Shown here piece by piece: positions 30,200-39,482 of a stretch of 64,000 bases of DNA. Numbering within the stretch: the stretch's first letter is position 1; every line of letters begins with the position of its first letter. The DNA is from Candidatus Binatia bacterium (GTDB lineage: Bacteria; Desulfobacterota; Binatia; HRBIN30): assembly GCA_038245295.1 (NCBI GenBank), contig JBBRSP010000019.1:1-64000 (forward strand). Direction: 5' to 3'. Below the pieces are notes generated by a model. That model did not search any database, had not been told where the DNA came from, and saw only the letters and a program-made list of their open reading frames with translations. The position numbers and the translations under genes were made by a program.

Positions 30200-30269
30200 G
30201 TAACCGATCGAGGTACAACATCTTGCCTTGCTTTCCCTACACTTGCACGCCTATTCTCGGCGCGTCGCA

Positions 30270-31505
30270 ATGAATCGAATCCGTTTCGCACCGGTCCTGC
30301 TGGCCGGCTTCGTTGGGCTGCTCGTCGCACCGCGCGCCGAGGCCCTGGCGGCGCGCAGTTTGTACTACTGTCAGCGCACGGTCGTGCGTGAGACCAGCAA
30401 GTACCTGAACGACACCACAGTTGCCCTCGACATTTGCCTGACACGGCTGACACGCTTGCAGATCCTCTCCAGTGCGCCCGTCGACGATGCCCTGGCGATG
30501 TGTCTCAAATCCTTCCGCAAGCTCGAGAACAGCGATCCGAATAAGACGCCCAAAGGCCGCATGAGCGGCAACATCCTGAAGAAATGCGACCCGTCGTCGA
30601 GCAGTGTCGATCATACCCTCGCCGACGTTCTCGGCCCCGGTTCGGCAGAGGCCCAGCCACTGCAGGTCGCCCGCCTGGGCAGCTGGTGTCGTAACTTCGG
30701 CGGCGACGGCAGCATCGACAGCGTTCAGGAATGGATCGACTGCCTGGCGGCGTCGCACTACTGCACCGCCGCATCGTACACCGCCGCTCGTTACCCGCGT
30801 GTGTTGGAATGGTTCAGCGCCATGCGCCTGCTGCTCGAAGCCCTGCCGATTGTACCTAGTGATGCACTCGGCGCCTTGGATGCGGCGACGGCAGCCATGG
30901 ATGTGGCGGCAACGGAGGGAGTTGTCGATCCGCGCTGCGGACGCAACGACTTCCCCGCTACGGGACAGTTGTCGTCCCTGGTCGACGGGGATGACGGCAT
31001 GCTGCGCCAGGGTGCGCCGCTCGACTACCGGGACGAAGGCAACGGAACGATCGTCGATCTCAACACCGGTTTGGTCTGGGAGAAGAAAGTCAGTCTGGAC
31101 GGCGTTGCCAATTCGACCCTCGAACAGGATGGCGACAATCAGGTCACCTGGCTGGACGCCCTGCAACACGTGAGCGTTCTCAACGCCAACAACTTCGCCG
31201 GCCACAATGATTGGCGGTTGCCCAATGTCCGCGAGCTACGCAGCATCGTCGACTACGAGCGCCTGAACCCCGCCGTGAGCGACCCGTTTCATCTGGCTGA
31301 TAGCTGCACCGCTGCGTGCGGCGACCCGCTCGATGTCGGCTGTAGCTGCACCGCGGCTGGGGACTACTGGTCATCGACAAGTGTTTCCTCGACCAGCACA
31401 AACAGCACGCCGAGTGCCTGGTACGTCTCGTTTGCCAATGGCTCGTGGGCTCAGGAAGACAAAGCGACCCAACTCTACGTGCGTGCGGTGAGGACGGGAT
31501 GGTAA
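30270..31505 (+). CDS. Secreted DUF1566 (Lcl) protein with Cys-rich N-terminal domain
   Basis: Signal peptide ending AEA; PATGQ...DDG...YRDEGNGTIVDLNTGLVWEK...DWRLPNVRELRSI...YWSST...VRAVR. Confidence 0.88.
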   Translation: MNRIRFAPVLLAGFVGLLVAPRAEALAARSLYYCQRTVVRETSKYLNDTTVALDICLTRLTRLQILSSAPVDDALAMCLKSFRKLENSDPNKTPKGRMSGNILKKCDPSSSSVDHTLADVLGPGSAEAQPLQVARLGSWCRNFGGDGSIDSVQEWIDCLAASHYCTAASYTAARYPRVLEWFSAMRLLLEALPIVPSDALGALDAATAAMDVAATEGVVDPRCGRNDFPATGQLSSLVDGDDGMLRQGAPLDYRDEGNGTIVDLNTGLVWEKKVSLDGVANSTLEQDGDNQVTWLDALQHVSVLNANNFAGHNDWRLPNVRELRSIVDYERLNPAVSDPFHLADSCTAACGDPLDVGCSCTAAGDYWSSTSVSSTSTNSTPSAWYVSFANGSWAQEDKATQLYVRAVRTGW

Positions 31506-32737
31506 ACTTCACGACAATCCTCCGTCGCACCGTGGCACCCGGCCTAGTTGGCTTGGCGCTCCTGACCGCCCTCCCCTGGACGGCAACGGCGTCGCCACAG
31601 CGCACGCTCTATACCTGTCAGACGACCGTGGCGCGGCAATCCAAAAAGTATATCGCCGCCGTCGCCAAGGCGTTTGAGATCTGCCTGCTCAAAGCCTCGA
31701 AGCTGGCAATCAATAGCAACAACAGTGTGACCGGCGCCGCCGACACGTGCGCGCGCGCGCTGGCGGGCCTGGCAGGTACGGGCACGACCTTGCCGCCACG
31801 CGAGACGATGACCGAATCGATTCTCGACAAGTGTGATCCCAGCAGCCCCGGGGTCGAGCACACCCTGGGCGACCTGCTGGGCAGTGGCGCCGGCGTCTCC
31901 CAGCCGATATCAGCGGGTAATCTAGCGCGTTGGTGCACTGGTTTCGGCGGTGATGGCTCGCTTGATTCGGCGGCCGAATGGGTCGACTGCATCACGACGG
32001 CGCAAGAGTGCAATCTTTGGGGCAGCCTTGCCGGCCGTTACCCGCGCGCCCTCGAGTGGTTCGAACAGATTCTGCCGGTCATGCAAAACATTGCCCCGTT
32101 GCCGATCGACGCCATCGACACCCTTCTTGAGGCGGATCAAGCCCTCGAGGGTCCCGGGAACGACAACATCCCGAACCTACGATGTGGGCCCTCCAGCCTG
32201 CCGGCGTCCGGGCAACTGGTCTCGTTCGCCCCTGGTGACGACGGACAACGGCGCACCGGAATGCCTCTGGCCTATCTCGACAACCACAACGGCACGATCA
32301 CCGATCTGAACACCGGTCTGACGTGGGAGAAGAAGGTCGGTATGGACGGCATGCCGAATGGCAATGATCTCCACGACGCCGACAACGTTTATCCATGGAT
32401 CGAGGCGTTCAACTTCGTCGCCCTCCTCAACGCCAACAACTTCGCAGGCCGCAGTGATTGGCGCGTACCGAACATCAAGGAGCTCGAGACGCTGGTCGAC
32501 TACGGCGCCGGAATTCCGACTACGCGCCCGGAGTTCCACGGCGTCAATTGCGGGCCGCTGTGCACAGATCTTACGGATTCGAACTGCAGCTGCACCTCCT
32601 ACGCCTCGCTTTACTGGTCCTCCACCTCCACGGAGGGGCCGAAATACGGCAAGGAAGTTTCCTTCTACGACGGCTCGTCCCTCGGCTTCTTGAAGTCTGT
32701 CCCCTTCCACGTCCGCGCCGTCTACGGTGGCAAGTAG
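31499..32737 (+). CDS. Secreted DUF1566 (Lcl) protein, tandem paralog
   Basis: Shares LY.CQ.TV.R...KY, CDPSS..V.HTL.D.LG, WC..FGGDGS.DS..EW.DC, RYPR.LEWF and the Lcl motifs with 30270-31505. Confidence 0.88.
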   Translation: MVNFTTILRRTVAPGLVGLALLTALPWTATASPQRTLYTCQTTVARQSKKYIAAVAKAFEICLLKASKLAINSNNSVTGAADTCARALAGLAGTGTTLPPRETMTESILDKCDPSSPGVEHTLGDLLGSGAGVSQPISAGNLARWCTGFGGDGSLDSAAEWVDCITTAQECNLWGSLAGRYPRALEWFEQILPVMQNIAPLPIDAIDTLLEADQALEGPGNDNIPNLRCGPSSLPASGQLVSFAPGDDGQRRTGMPLAYLDNHNGTITDLNTGLTWEKKVGMDGMPNGNDLHDADNVYPWIEAFNFVALLNANNFAGRSDWRVPNIKELETLVDYGAGIPTTRPEFHGVNCGPLCTDLTDSNCSCTSYASLYWSSTSTEGPKYGKEVSFYDGSSLGFLKSVPFHVRAVYGGK

Positions 32738-32941
32738 TCCGTCTCTGCAGCAAAGTTCGGAAATTATCCGTCTCTGCTGGCGGAGGGCGCCCGAATGACA
32801 CTGCGAGCCGACATCTTGGATTTCGACGGCGAGGGTGTGCAGCGCCTCACCGACTCGGCGGAGTATATTCCCCTCGCGGACGCCGAGTTCCCGCGTACAG
32901 CCGAGGCCACGGGCCAAAAAGCTCCGCTGCCCGATTGATCC

Positions 32942-34207
32942 CTAGAACGTGTATTCCACTTGCCCGCCGTATGTCACATCGGCGCGCAATCCATCACGGT
33001 TGAGCGGAAACTGAAACGTGCCGCTGAAAACCAGATGGCCGAACGGGTTCACCTTGAACCCAACGGCGCTCTGAACCACGTTGTCGTTCACGCCATCGCG
33101 TTTGTCATCGTGGTAGCCAAGGAAGTCACCGGCCAGAGTGAGCCACTCGGTGGCCATGAAGTCTGCGCCGGTTGTCCACGTTGCCTGACTCACATCGGTG
33201 CCGCTGCGGAAGGCATAGCCAAGATTCAGATGTGGGGAAAAACGCCCGAAGCGATGCGAAGCGATCAGCCCCGGCGTGAATGTCGGGTCGTGGAAGCCGA
33301 GAAAGTCTTTGGCATTGCCGGTCGGCAATGTCAGCACGGCGGAAGCTGCTAGGTCGGCCCATTCCGTATCGAGGAAGTGCCACTTCGAACGCAGGTAAAT
33401 ATCGCCTGTGCCAACCGCTTCTTCGTCGAATCGATCGTGGACACAATGGAAGTCGTGCTCACAGGCACCCTGACCCGTCGTGACCAGGCCTGGCTGATCG
33501 TAAGTAAAATAAACCCCTTCATCGCGGTTTGGATCGAGAATCACCGCGTTCGCCGAGCCGTGGATGTGCGCCCGATTGATCGACAGGGATAGGCTCAGGT
33601 CAATGTTGTCGGTCACTCCGTAAGCGGCGGACAGAAACAACATATCGAGCGAGAACGCCAGGTCGATCTGCGTCTTCAACAAATTGTCGGAGGCCCTTCG
33701 GCGGTCCTGCGGCGGAAGCTTCGCCAGATACGCGCTGATCAGCGCCGGTTGCAGGTCGCTCAGTCCGCTCAGCTTATCCCCCTCCAGTGTGTTGAAATCG
33801 GTATGGGTAAATGCCGTGCTGATCGCCCAGGTGCGCGCCCCCAAGGTTTGTGCACGTTCGGCCACGTTCGGTCCCAAACTCTGCGAGCTGCGCACATAAC
33901 TATCGAGCTCGTCATCGAATTCGAAACGAAAGGCGCCGGTCGACGAGGGAATCGGCACCTGGGCCCGCGACGCAGCCAGGCCGGCCGACAGGCCGCTGAA
34001 CCGATCGGCAACCCGCGGCCGCTGCGCGTCCTTCGGGGCGGCAAAGGGTGAGATCGAAGTGCTCAGCACACCGCCGAAGAGCTCGGGAATGACCTGATCG
34101 AGCGGCTTGGCCGCGGCCGCGTTTGAGGCCAGGATCAACCAGCCAAAGATGAGCAACGGCACAAACGCGGACGGCGTCGAACGCCAGGGTTGTCGCGCTC
34201 CCCTCAT
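32942..34207 (-). CDS. Outer-membrane beta-barrel protein, module copy 2
   Basis: Paralog of 25176-26477 (shared HTDF.TLEGD, FLGFHDPT, HDDKRD.VND.V.QSA.GFKVNPFG, FQFPLNRDG.RAD); ends YGGQVEYTF. Confidence 0.85.
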   Translation of the reverse strand: MRGARQPWRSTPSAFVPLLIFGWLILASNAAAAKPLDQVIPELFGGVLSTSISPFAAPKDAQRPRVADRFSGLSAGLAASRAQVPIPSSTGAFRFEFDDELDSYVRSSQSLGPNVAERAQTLGARTWAISTAFTHTDFNTLEGDKLSGLSDLQPALISAYLAKLPPQDRRRASDNLLKTQIDLAFSLDMLFLSAAYGVTDNIDLSLSLSINRAHIHGSANAVILDPNRDEGVYFTYDQPGLVTTGQGACEHDFHCVHDRFDEEAVGTGDIYLRSKWHFLDTEWADLAASAVLTLPTGNAKDFLGFHDPTFTPGLIASHRFGRFSPHLNLGYAFRSGTDVSQATWTTGADFMATEWLTLAGDFLGYHDDKRDGVNDNVVQSAVGFKVNPFGHLVFSGTFQFPLNRDGLRADVTYGGQVEYTF

Positions 34208-34208
34208 C

Positions 34209-36032
34209 TCACGGCTTTCCGGCCATCCGCCAGGTATCACCAAGGCGCACGGCCAAACGAGTCAGACGCACTTCGAGCTCGACGGGTTTGCCGCTCTTCT
34301 CGTCGATGAATGAATCTCGGCGCGTGTAGGAAACGATGAAGTCGTCACCCTGAGGCGTCAGCTTCACGTCGGCGATCTCGACCTTGAGATTGCGGCTGCT
34401 CTCGAAATATTGCCGCAGCGTATCGCGGCGCCGCTGCGGGAACTCGACGTAGAGCGTCGCCAGTCGATCGAGGTCGCGCGCTTCCAGGGCCTCGCGGTAC
34501 GACTGCATCAAGGCGAGTACTTCGGCTTCGCGCGGCTCGCCGCTCGTTTGCGCTTCTGCCGTTCCGATGAACCAGCCTGACACAAGCGGCAGCCCGTTTT
34601 CCAACGCCGAGCGGCGGCGTGGTGCTGTGCGGGCACGCGGCGTTGCGGTTGGCTTGGCCGGCGGCGCATCAACGAGGTCTTCCGATTCCAACAGCAGACG
34701 GTACGCATTGACGTCGGATGTACTTTTCTTGCCGATCGACTGTCCTTCCTCGGGTGATGGATTGACGCGCAGCCGGCGCAACATGCTCAGCACCAGACGC
34801 TTTTGCAGGTCGAAGAAATCGTTCAGCTCGCCTTGCACACTGTCGGACCCCTCTTGCAGCCCACTTTCGGCGTAGATGATGCGGGCATCGATCCGAATCG
34901 CCGTTCCAACGACGCTGAACGATCCCGTAACCAGGCGATCGATCTGCAGCTGCTGCGCGGCGCTCAGTTGGTCGACGCCGCGAGTCTTGATCAGCCGATC
35001 GATCAGCTCTGGGGCATACACATTCAAGGCCCCTACCTTATTGAGTTCTGTGTTGAACGCCACCCGCAAAGCGCTGCCGACCCAGTCATGATCGGTATCG
35101 TTGCGCACATTGCTGAATTCCATGACGGCGATGGTGTTCGGCACGGCAGCAGCGGAGGAATCCGCCTTGGTCAGAGACGGCCGCGGCAGAACCGTCGCGC
35201 CCGGGCGTACCGACACCAGGCGCAAGTCCGTGCCCTCGACCTTGCTGTAGGGGTGCTGTGTATCCGAGGAGATCTCTGCAACCGCTCGCGTAACGTAGCC
35301 GAAGAGCTCACTCACCGAGACAATCCCGTCCCCGTCCGCATCGGCCTTGCCCTGGAGACCTTCGAGCAGGGCATAGGTAAACGCTCCATGCCGCAGCGAC
35401 GGATACTCCTTCGACTCTTCGCCGGGTTTGGTCGCAGCCAGCAGGAAGAACCCTTCACTCGCCGTCAAACGCGCCGCCGGATCGTCCATACTAACCAGAC
35501 CGGGAGCACCAACACGCAAGGCGCCCGAATGACAGGTATCCATCATCAACACGACGCCACGCACGCTCTGGCGCACGACGCGCAGCATTTCGTCGAAGTC
35601 CGACATGCGCACACCGGCGGTCACATGGTTCTCTTTGGTCGCCGTGGCCGGCAAGAAATAGTAGCTGCCGGTGCTGCGATCCTGCACACCGTGCCCGGCA
35701 ACGAAAATCACAACAATATCGTCGGGCCCCGCCTGTCCCAGGAACCGACTCATACTGTTGAGAATACTATCGCGGGTGACCTGCTCGTTGGTCAGCGTCA
35801 GCGTCTTCGTCTCGCGGTAAATGCCGTTGTCGCGTTGCGTGTCGAAGGCCGTCGAGATCGCTTTGGCGTCGGCGTCGGCGAATTGGAGATTCAGGGCGTT
35901 ATCCTGGTAGCGGCTGACGCCGATGGATAGCACCCACAGCACCGGTTTCTGAGCCGCGGCCGCAAAGGCATCGGGCCGGCCACCGATCACCCCGGTCATG
36001 GTGACAAGGAAAATGATGAGCTGTCCACACAT
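34209..36032 (-). CDS. Exported caspase-family protease + FlgO/TolB-N-like + NTF2-like domain, copy 2 (start uncertain)
   Basis: LWVLSIGVSRY, FVAGHG, MDTCHSG, ADADGDGIVSVSEL, HPYSKVEGTDL, SGLQEGSDSV; N-terminal hydrophobic segment. Confidence 0.88.
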   Translation of the reverse strand: MCGQLIIFLVTMTGVIGGRPDAFAAAAQKPVLWVLSIGVSRYQDNALNLQFADADAKAISTAFDTQRDNGIYRETKTLTLTNEQVTRDSILNSMSRFLGQAGPDDIVVIFVAGHGVQDRSTGSYYFLPATATKENHVTAGVRMSDFDEMLRVVRQSVRGVVLMMDTCHSGALRVGAPGLVSMDDPAARLTASEGFFLLAATKPGEESKEYPSLRHGAFTYALLEGLQGKADADGDGIVSVSELFGYVTRAVAEISSDTQHPYSKVEGTDLRLVSVRPGATVLPRPSLTKADSSAAAVPNTIAVMEFSNVRNDTDHDWVGSALRVAFNTELNKVGALNVYAPELIDRLIKTRGVDQLSAAQQLQIDRLVTGSFSVVGTAIRIDARIIYAESGLQEGSDSVQGELNDFFDLQKRLVLSMLRRLRVNPSPEEGQSIGKKSTSDVNAYRLLLESEDLVDAPPAKPTATPRARTAPRRRSALENGLPLVSGWFIGTAEAQTSGEPREAEVLALMQSYREALEARDLDRLATLYVEFPQRRRDTLRQYFESSRNLKVEIADVKLTPQGDDFIVSYTRRDSFIDEKSGKPVELEVRLTRLAVRLGDTWRMAGKP

Positions 36033-36347
36033 TGAGCGCCACCGGGCGACTGAGTACCCCACGATCACCCGGCAGATATTCCTGCATCGGCGCCGCGTTG
36101 CAACAGACAACCACGGACCAAAGGGAGCCAGATCTCGCGAAAATGTTTCCGCCGCGGAAAAAGATTCGTCACTGCGCAACAAACCGAAACTATCCGTCAC
36201 CAGTACCTTACGGAAGCACGAAGATGGATGTGCAGCAGGGTTTCGGGTTACAAGCCAACCTCAGGTGGATTGACCATCGGTACAACATGCGTGACGGCGC
36301 GACTACGCCGGTGCGACATTGGCCGGGGCATCGCCACAGGGGAGTAG

Positions 36348-37292
36348 ATGGCAGAAAGCACCACGGGGGCCCCGGCGGATCGGGAGTTGTTGCAACGTTG
36401 TCTGGCCAACGAGCCAGCCGCGGTGCAGCAGTTCCAGAACGAATACGGGGAACTCATTTACGGCTACCCGATGCGAGTCTACCGAATGCCGCGCGAAGCG
36501 GCCGGGGATTTTTATGTCTACGCCTTCGACGAGGGACGCGTTTTTCGCCGCGCGCGCACGTTCGAAGGACGAACGACATTGCGAGCCTACCTGCAGGGCT
36601 ACGTGCTCGACAATTTGATCCTCGAATGGAAACGCGGTGAACGGGAGGTCGAAACAGTGCCCTTGGATGCGCTCAACGAAATAGCCGATACGCGCTTTGC
36701 GCTCGAAGCCGACGATGAAATCGACACCGTCAGCGAAGGCGCCAACCTGAGCCAGGTGCTTGCCGAGATGGGCTCGGCAAAACTGGTTCTCTTCAAGCTG
36801 CTCTACGTCGAAGACTCCGATCTAACGGCCGATGACCTGCGCTATGTCCGCAAGGTTTCCGGCCGGCGTATCCCGGAGATTCTCGCCGAAGTCGAACGCC
36901 TGCGCACCATCGTGCGTGAACGCGAAGCCGGCATGAAACGCGTCGAAGACGCGGCCGAAGGCGTCCACGCCTGGATTCAACTGTACCAACGCCGCCTGCG
37001 CCGCATCAGCGAAGACCTTGCCGCCTTGCCGCCGGAATCAACCTCCTCCGCCGTCTTACGCGAGGAGCAAGGCGAGTTCGAACGTAAGCTCGTCTGGCGC
37101 GAGCGCCAACGCGCCGCGCTGGTGGATCGTGCCCAGCGCCGCAAGGTTACCGCGCCATATAAGGAAATCGCCGCCCTGCTCGGTACAACGGTCGGCAACA
37201 TTGCGTCGCAGATCTTGCGCTTGCGCCGCGACCTCGCCGCCCGTACCGGCATGCAATTCGAATCGATGAAGCCCGAGGGAGCCGATGAATAG
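36348..37292 (+). CDS. Atypical ECF-like sigma-70 factor, copy 2
   Basis: GGGGAG RBS; GELIYGYP.RVYR, AGDFYV.AFD, FEGR..LRAYL, AWIQLY.RR, TAPYKE.AA.L.TTVGNI.SQI shared with copy 1. Confidence 0.85.
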   Translation: MAESTTGAPADRELLQRCLANEPAAVQQFQNEYGELIYGYPMRVYRMPREAAGDFYVYAFDEGRVFRRARTFEGRTTLRAYLQGYVLDNLILEWKRGEREVETVPLDALNEIADTRFALEADDEIDTVSEGANLSQVLAEMGSAKLVLFKLLYVEDSDLTADDLRYVRKVSGRRIPEILAEVERLRTIVREREAGMKRVEDAAEGVHAWIQLYQRRLRRISEDLAALPPESTSSAVLREEQGEFERKLVWRERQRAALVDRAQRRKVTAPYKEIAALLGTTVGNIASQILRLRRDLAARTGMQFESMKPEGADE

Positions 37293-37911
37293 TGAACGCA
37301 GTCGGATTGATCCGCCGGCCGGAGCGTCTTGCCCCACCCCCGAGACGCTACTTGCTTACCTCGGCGACGAGGTAGCGAGCCCCGCGCGCGACTGGATCGA
37401 TGCGCACCTCGACGGTTGCCAGCCCTGTCTCGAGGTGACGTTGTCCGGTCACGCGCGCTTGCGCCTCGGCGCAATCCGCGAACCGGTGCCGACTGGACTC
37501 CCTCAGCCCACGGCAGCGGTCCCCCCACAAGACGCTGCCGGACCGGTAGGTGCCGTACCATTCCGCCGCCCCCAACGCCCAACGCGCGTGGTGCGGTATC
37601 TACCGGTTCCTCCTCCACGCTGGTTGATCGCCCCGTTGGCGCTCGCCGCCGGTGCGGTTTTGATGCTCGCTTCACCCAACTGGAACCCGAGCAGCGATGC
37701 TCCACTGACGCGTGGCATTGCTGATTCCTCGACCGTCAAGATTACAGCCCGCCAAGCCGATGTTCGTTCCGATCCCTCTCTCCATGCCACGGTGGTTGCA
37801 CAACTGGCCCGTGGAACGGTAGTGGAAGTCGCCGAGCAGGAACGAGAGTGGTTCCGTGTTCGCCTGGTCGGCGGCGGTGAGGGATGGGTCGAGCAAAGAG
37901 CGTGTCGATAG
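37285..37911 (+). CDS. Anti-sigma factor: zf-HC2 - TM - SH3b, copy 2
   Basis: CP..ETLLAYL...HLDGCQPC; TM WLIAPLALAAGAVLMLA; ADVRSDPS...WFRV...EGWV. Confidence 0.88.
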   Translation: MNSERSRIDPPAGASCPTPETLLAYLGDEVASPARDWIDAHLDGCQPCLEVTLSGHARLRLGAIREPVPTGLPQPTAAVPPQDAAGPVGAVPFRRPQRPTRVVRYLPVPPPRWLIAPLALAAGAVLMLASPNWNPSSDAPLTRGIADSSTVKITARQADVRSDPSLHATVVAQLARGTVVEVAEQEREWFRVRLVGGGEGWVEQRACR

Positions 37912-39422
37912 TTTCAGAGCACCATATCACCATAACCCGCTCAACAGGGCGCTCCCGTACCGGGAGCGTTCTGTTGCTGGCGTTGGCGCTCCTCTGCCCG
38001 ATTGTCGGACCGACAATGGCCGCGGCGGCCGAGCTGCCGGTGATCCGCTGCGGCGAGGGACGACGCGCGCATATCGATCATGACGGAACGGCGTCGTTTA
38101 CCGTCGAGGTTCCGGGTCGACCCGTCGTTGTCATCGATGCAATCGATCCCACCGGCGCCCTCGGTCTGCTGAATGTCGAAGGCGGCGGAGAGGAAAGCTG
38201 TACCGGAAAGATCAGCTTCAACTATTCCGAACCGACCGAGGTGACGGTTCGCGATTGCTTCAACGATGACAGCGGCGACTTCTACGTAAGTGCCAACGTC
38301 ATCTCCGAGGGGCCCGCCAACTGCGGGTCTCCCATGCCCTGTGGGTCGGTCCCTTCCGTGCGACCGGTGCGACAGAAGGGCAAGGTCGATTCCTATACCT
38401 TCTATGCGGCGTCCGGCACTCCCGTCACCGTTCATGCCCGCCCGCTGGCTAACTCCGGAGCCGGCATGCGCGTTCGGGTCTTCGATCCAACCGGCACTCC
38501 GGCTTCCGAGAGCGAGAGTTGCGGCGCCAACCTTACCTTCACGGCGTCGCGCACCGGCGTCTATACAGCCCTCGTTAGCTCCTGCGACAGCCGCAACGGC
38601 GGCTTCTTTGAACTGAGCGTCGAAGCCTCCTCCTGCCCCCGCGGTCCGGAAGTCACTCAATTCGCAATTGCCAAGGCCGACGGGACTCCGTTGACGGCAG
38701 ACGGTTACGACATGTCGGGCCGACCGGTATTCGAACGTGATACCGGCTCGGGGTTCCTGCTCTATCTCGAAGCCCGTCCAGGCTCGAACCGGCAAATGGT
38801 TGCGCCAATCGCGTATGAGTCGGATGCCGGCCTGCCCGATATCCAACTCCTGTTCTCGCGGCCGCTCGGGAATGGCAGTCCAATGGTGTGTGATGCGACA
38901 CGGCCAAACATAGGCGGTGTCCCGGCGACGCCGACTCTCCGCTTTGACGATCAAACTCCCGCGGTTGTCGACGCCATCAACGACTTCGGCTGTCGCTTCG
39001 ACGACGGCACCGGCGCCGCCCGTGGCGTCTCGTCGCAGGACGCCTGCACCTTCTTCCCGAATGGTGATTTTCACTTCGTCGATCCGAGCAGCTCGCTGCA
39101 GTTTTGCGCGCTGATGTCACAGCCCTGGAGCTTCCCGTCGGGCCGCACCATCGTCAAAGCTCGCGCCCGCGACATCGCTGGAAATGTTGGCCCCGAGCGC
39201 GAGATTGCCCTGCAGGTTGGCCCGGCCGTGCCAACGTGTAGCGGTGACTGCGACGGCGACGGCTTGGTGACGGTCGATGAGCTGATCATCGTCGTCCGCG
39301 TTGCCCTGGACCAACTCAGCCTCGATCAATGCCAGCTGACAGATACGAACGGCGACGGCGTCATCACCATCGATGAACTGATCGGCGCGGTGAACAACGC
39401 TCTGATCGGATGCGACAACTAG
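37884..39422 (+). CDS. Secreted protein with PPC-like beta domains and C-terminal dockerin-like pair (start uncertain)
   Basis: Hydrophobic signal; DSYTFYA..G..VTV...GVYTALV; CSGDCDGDGLVTVDEL...DTNGDGVITIDELIGAVNNALIGC. Confidence 0.8.
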   Translation: MGRAKSVSIVSEHHITITRSTGRSRTGSVLLLALALLCPIVGPTMAAAAELPVIRCGEGRRAHIDHDGTASFTVEVPGRPVVVIDAIDPTGALGLLNVEGGGEESCTGKISFNYSEPTEVTVRDCFNDDSGDFYVSANVISEGPANCGSPMPCGSVPSVRPVRQKGKVDSYTFYAASGTPVTVHARPLANSGAGMRVRVFDPTGTPASESESCGANLTFTASRTGVYTALVSSCDSRNGGFFELSVEASSCPRGPEVTQFAIAKADGTPLTADGYDMSGRPVFERDTGSGFLLYLEARPGSNRQMVAPIAYESDAGLPDIQLLFSRPLGNGSPMVCDATRPNIGGVPATPTLRFDDQTPAVVDAINDFGCRFDDGTGAARGVSSQDACTFFPNGDFHFVDPSSSLQFCALMSQPWSFPSGRTIVKARARDIAGNVGPEREIALQVGPAVPTCSGDCDGDGLVTVDELIIVVRVALDQLSLDQCQLTDTNGDGVITIDELIGAVNNALIGCDN

Positions 39423-39482
39423 ATTGTCCGCGCTAACTGCGGCTGGCACCACGCGACAAACATCGGTAGAGATCGCGCACCG

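Noticed and set aside
30270..32737. Diversity-generating retroelement targeting the DUF1566 genes
   Set aside because: No reverse transcriptase and no template-repeat/variable-repeat pair seen in the window
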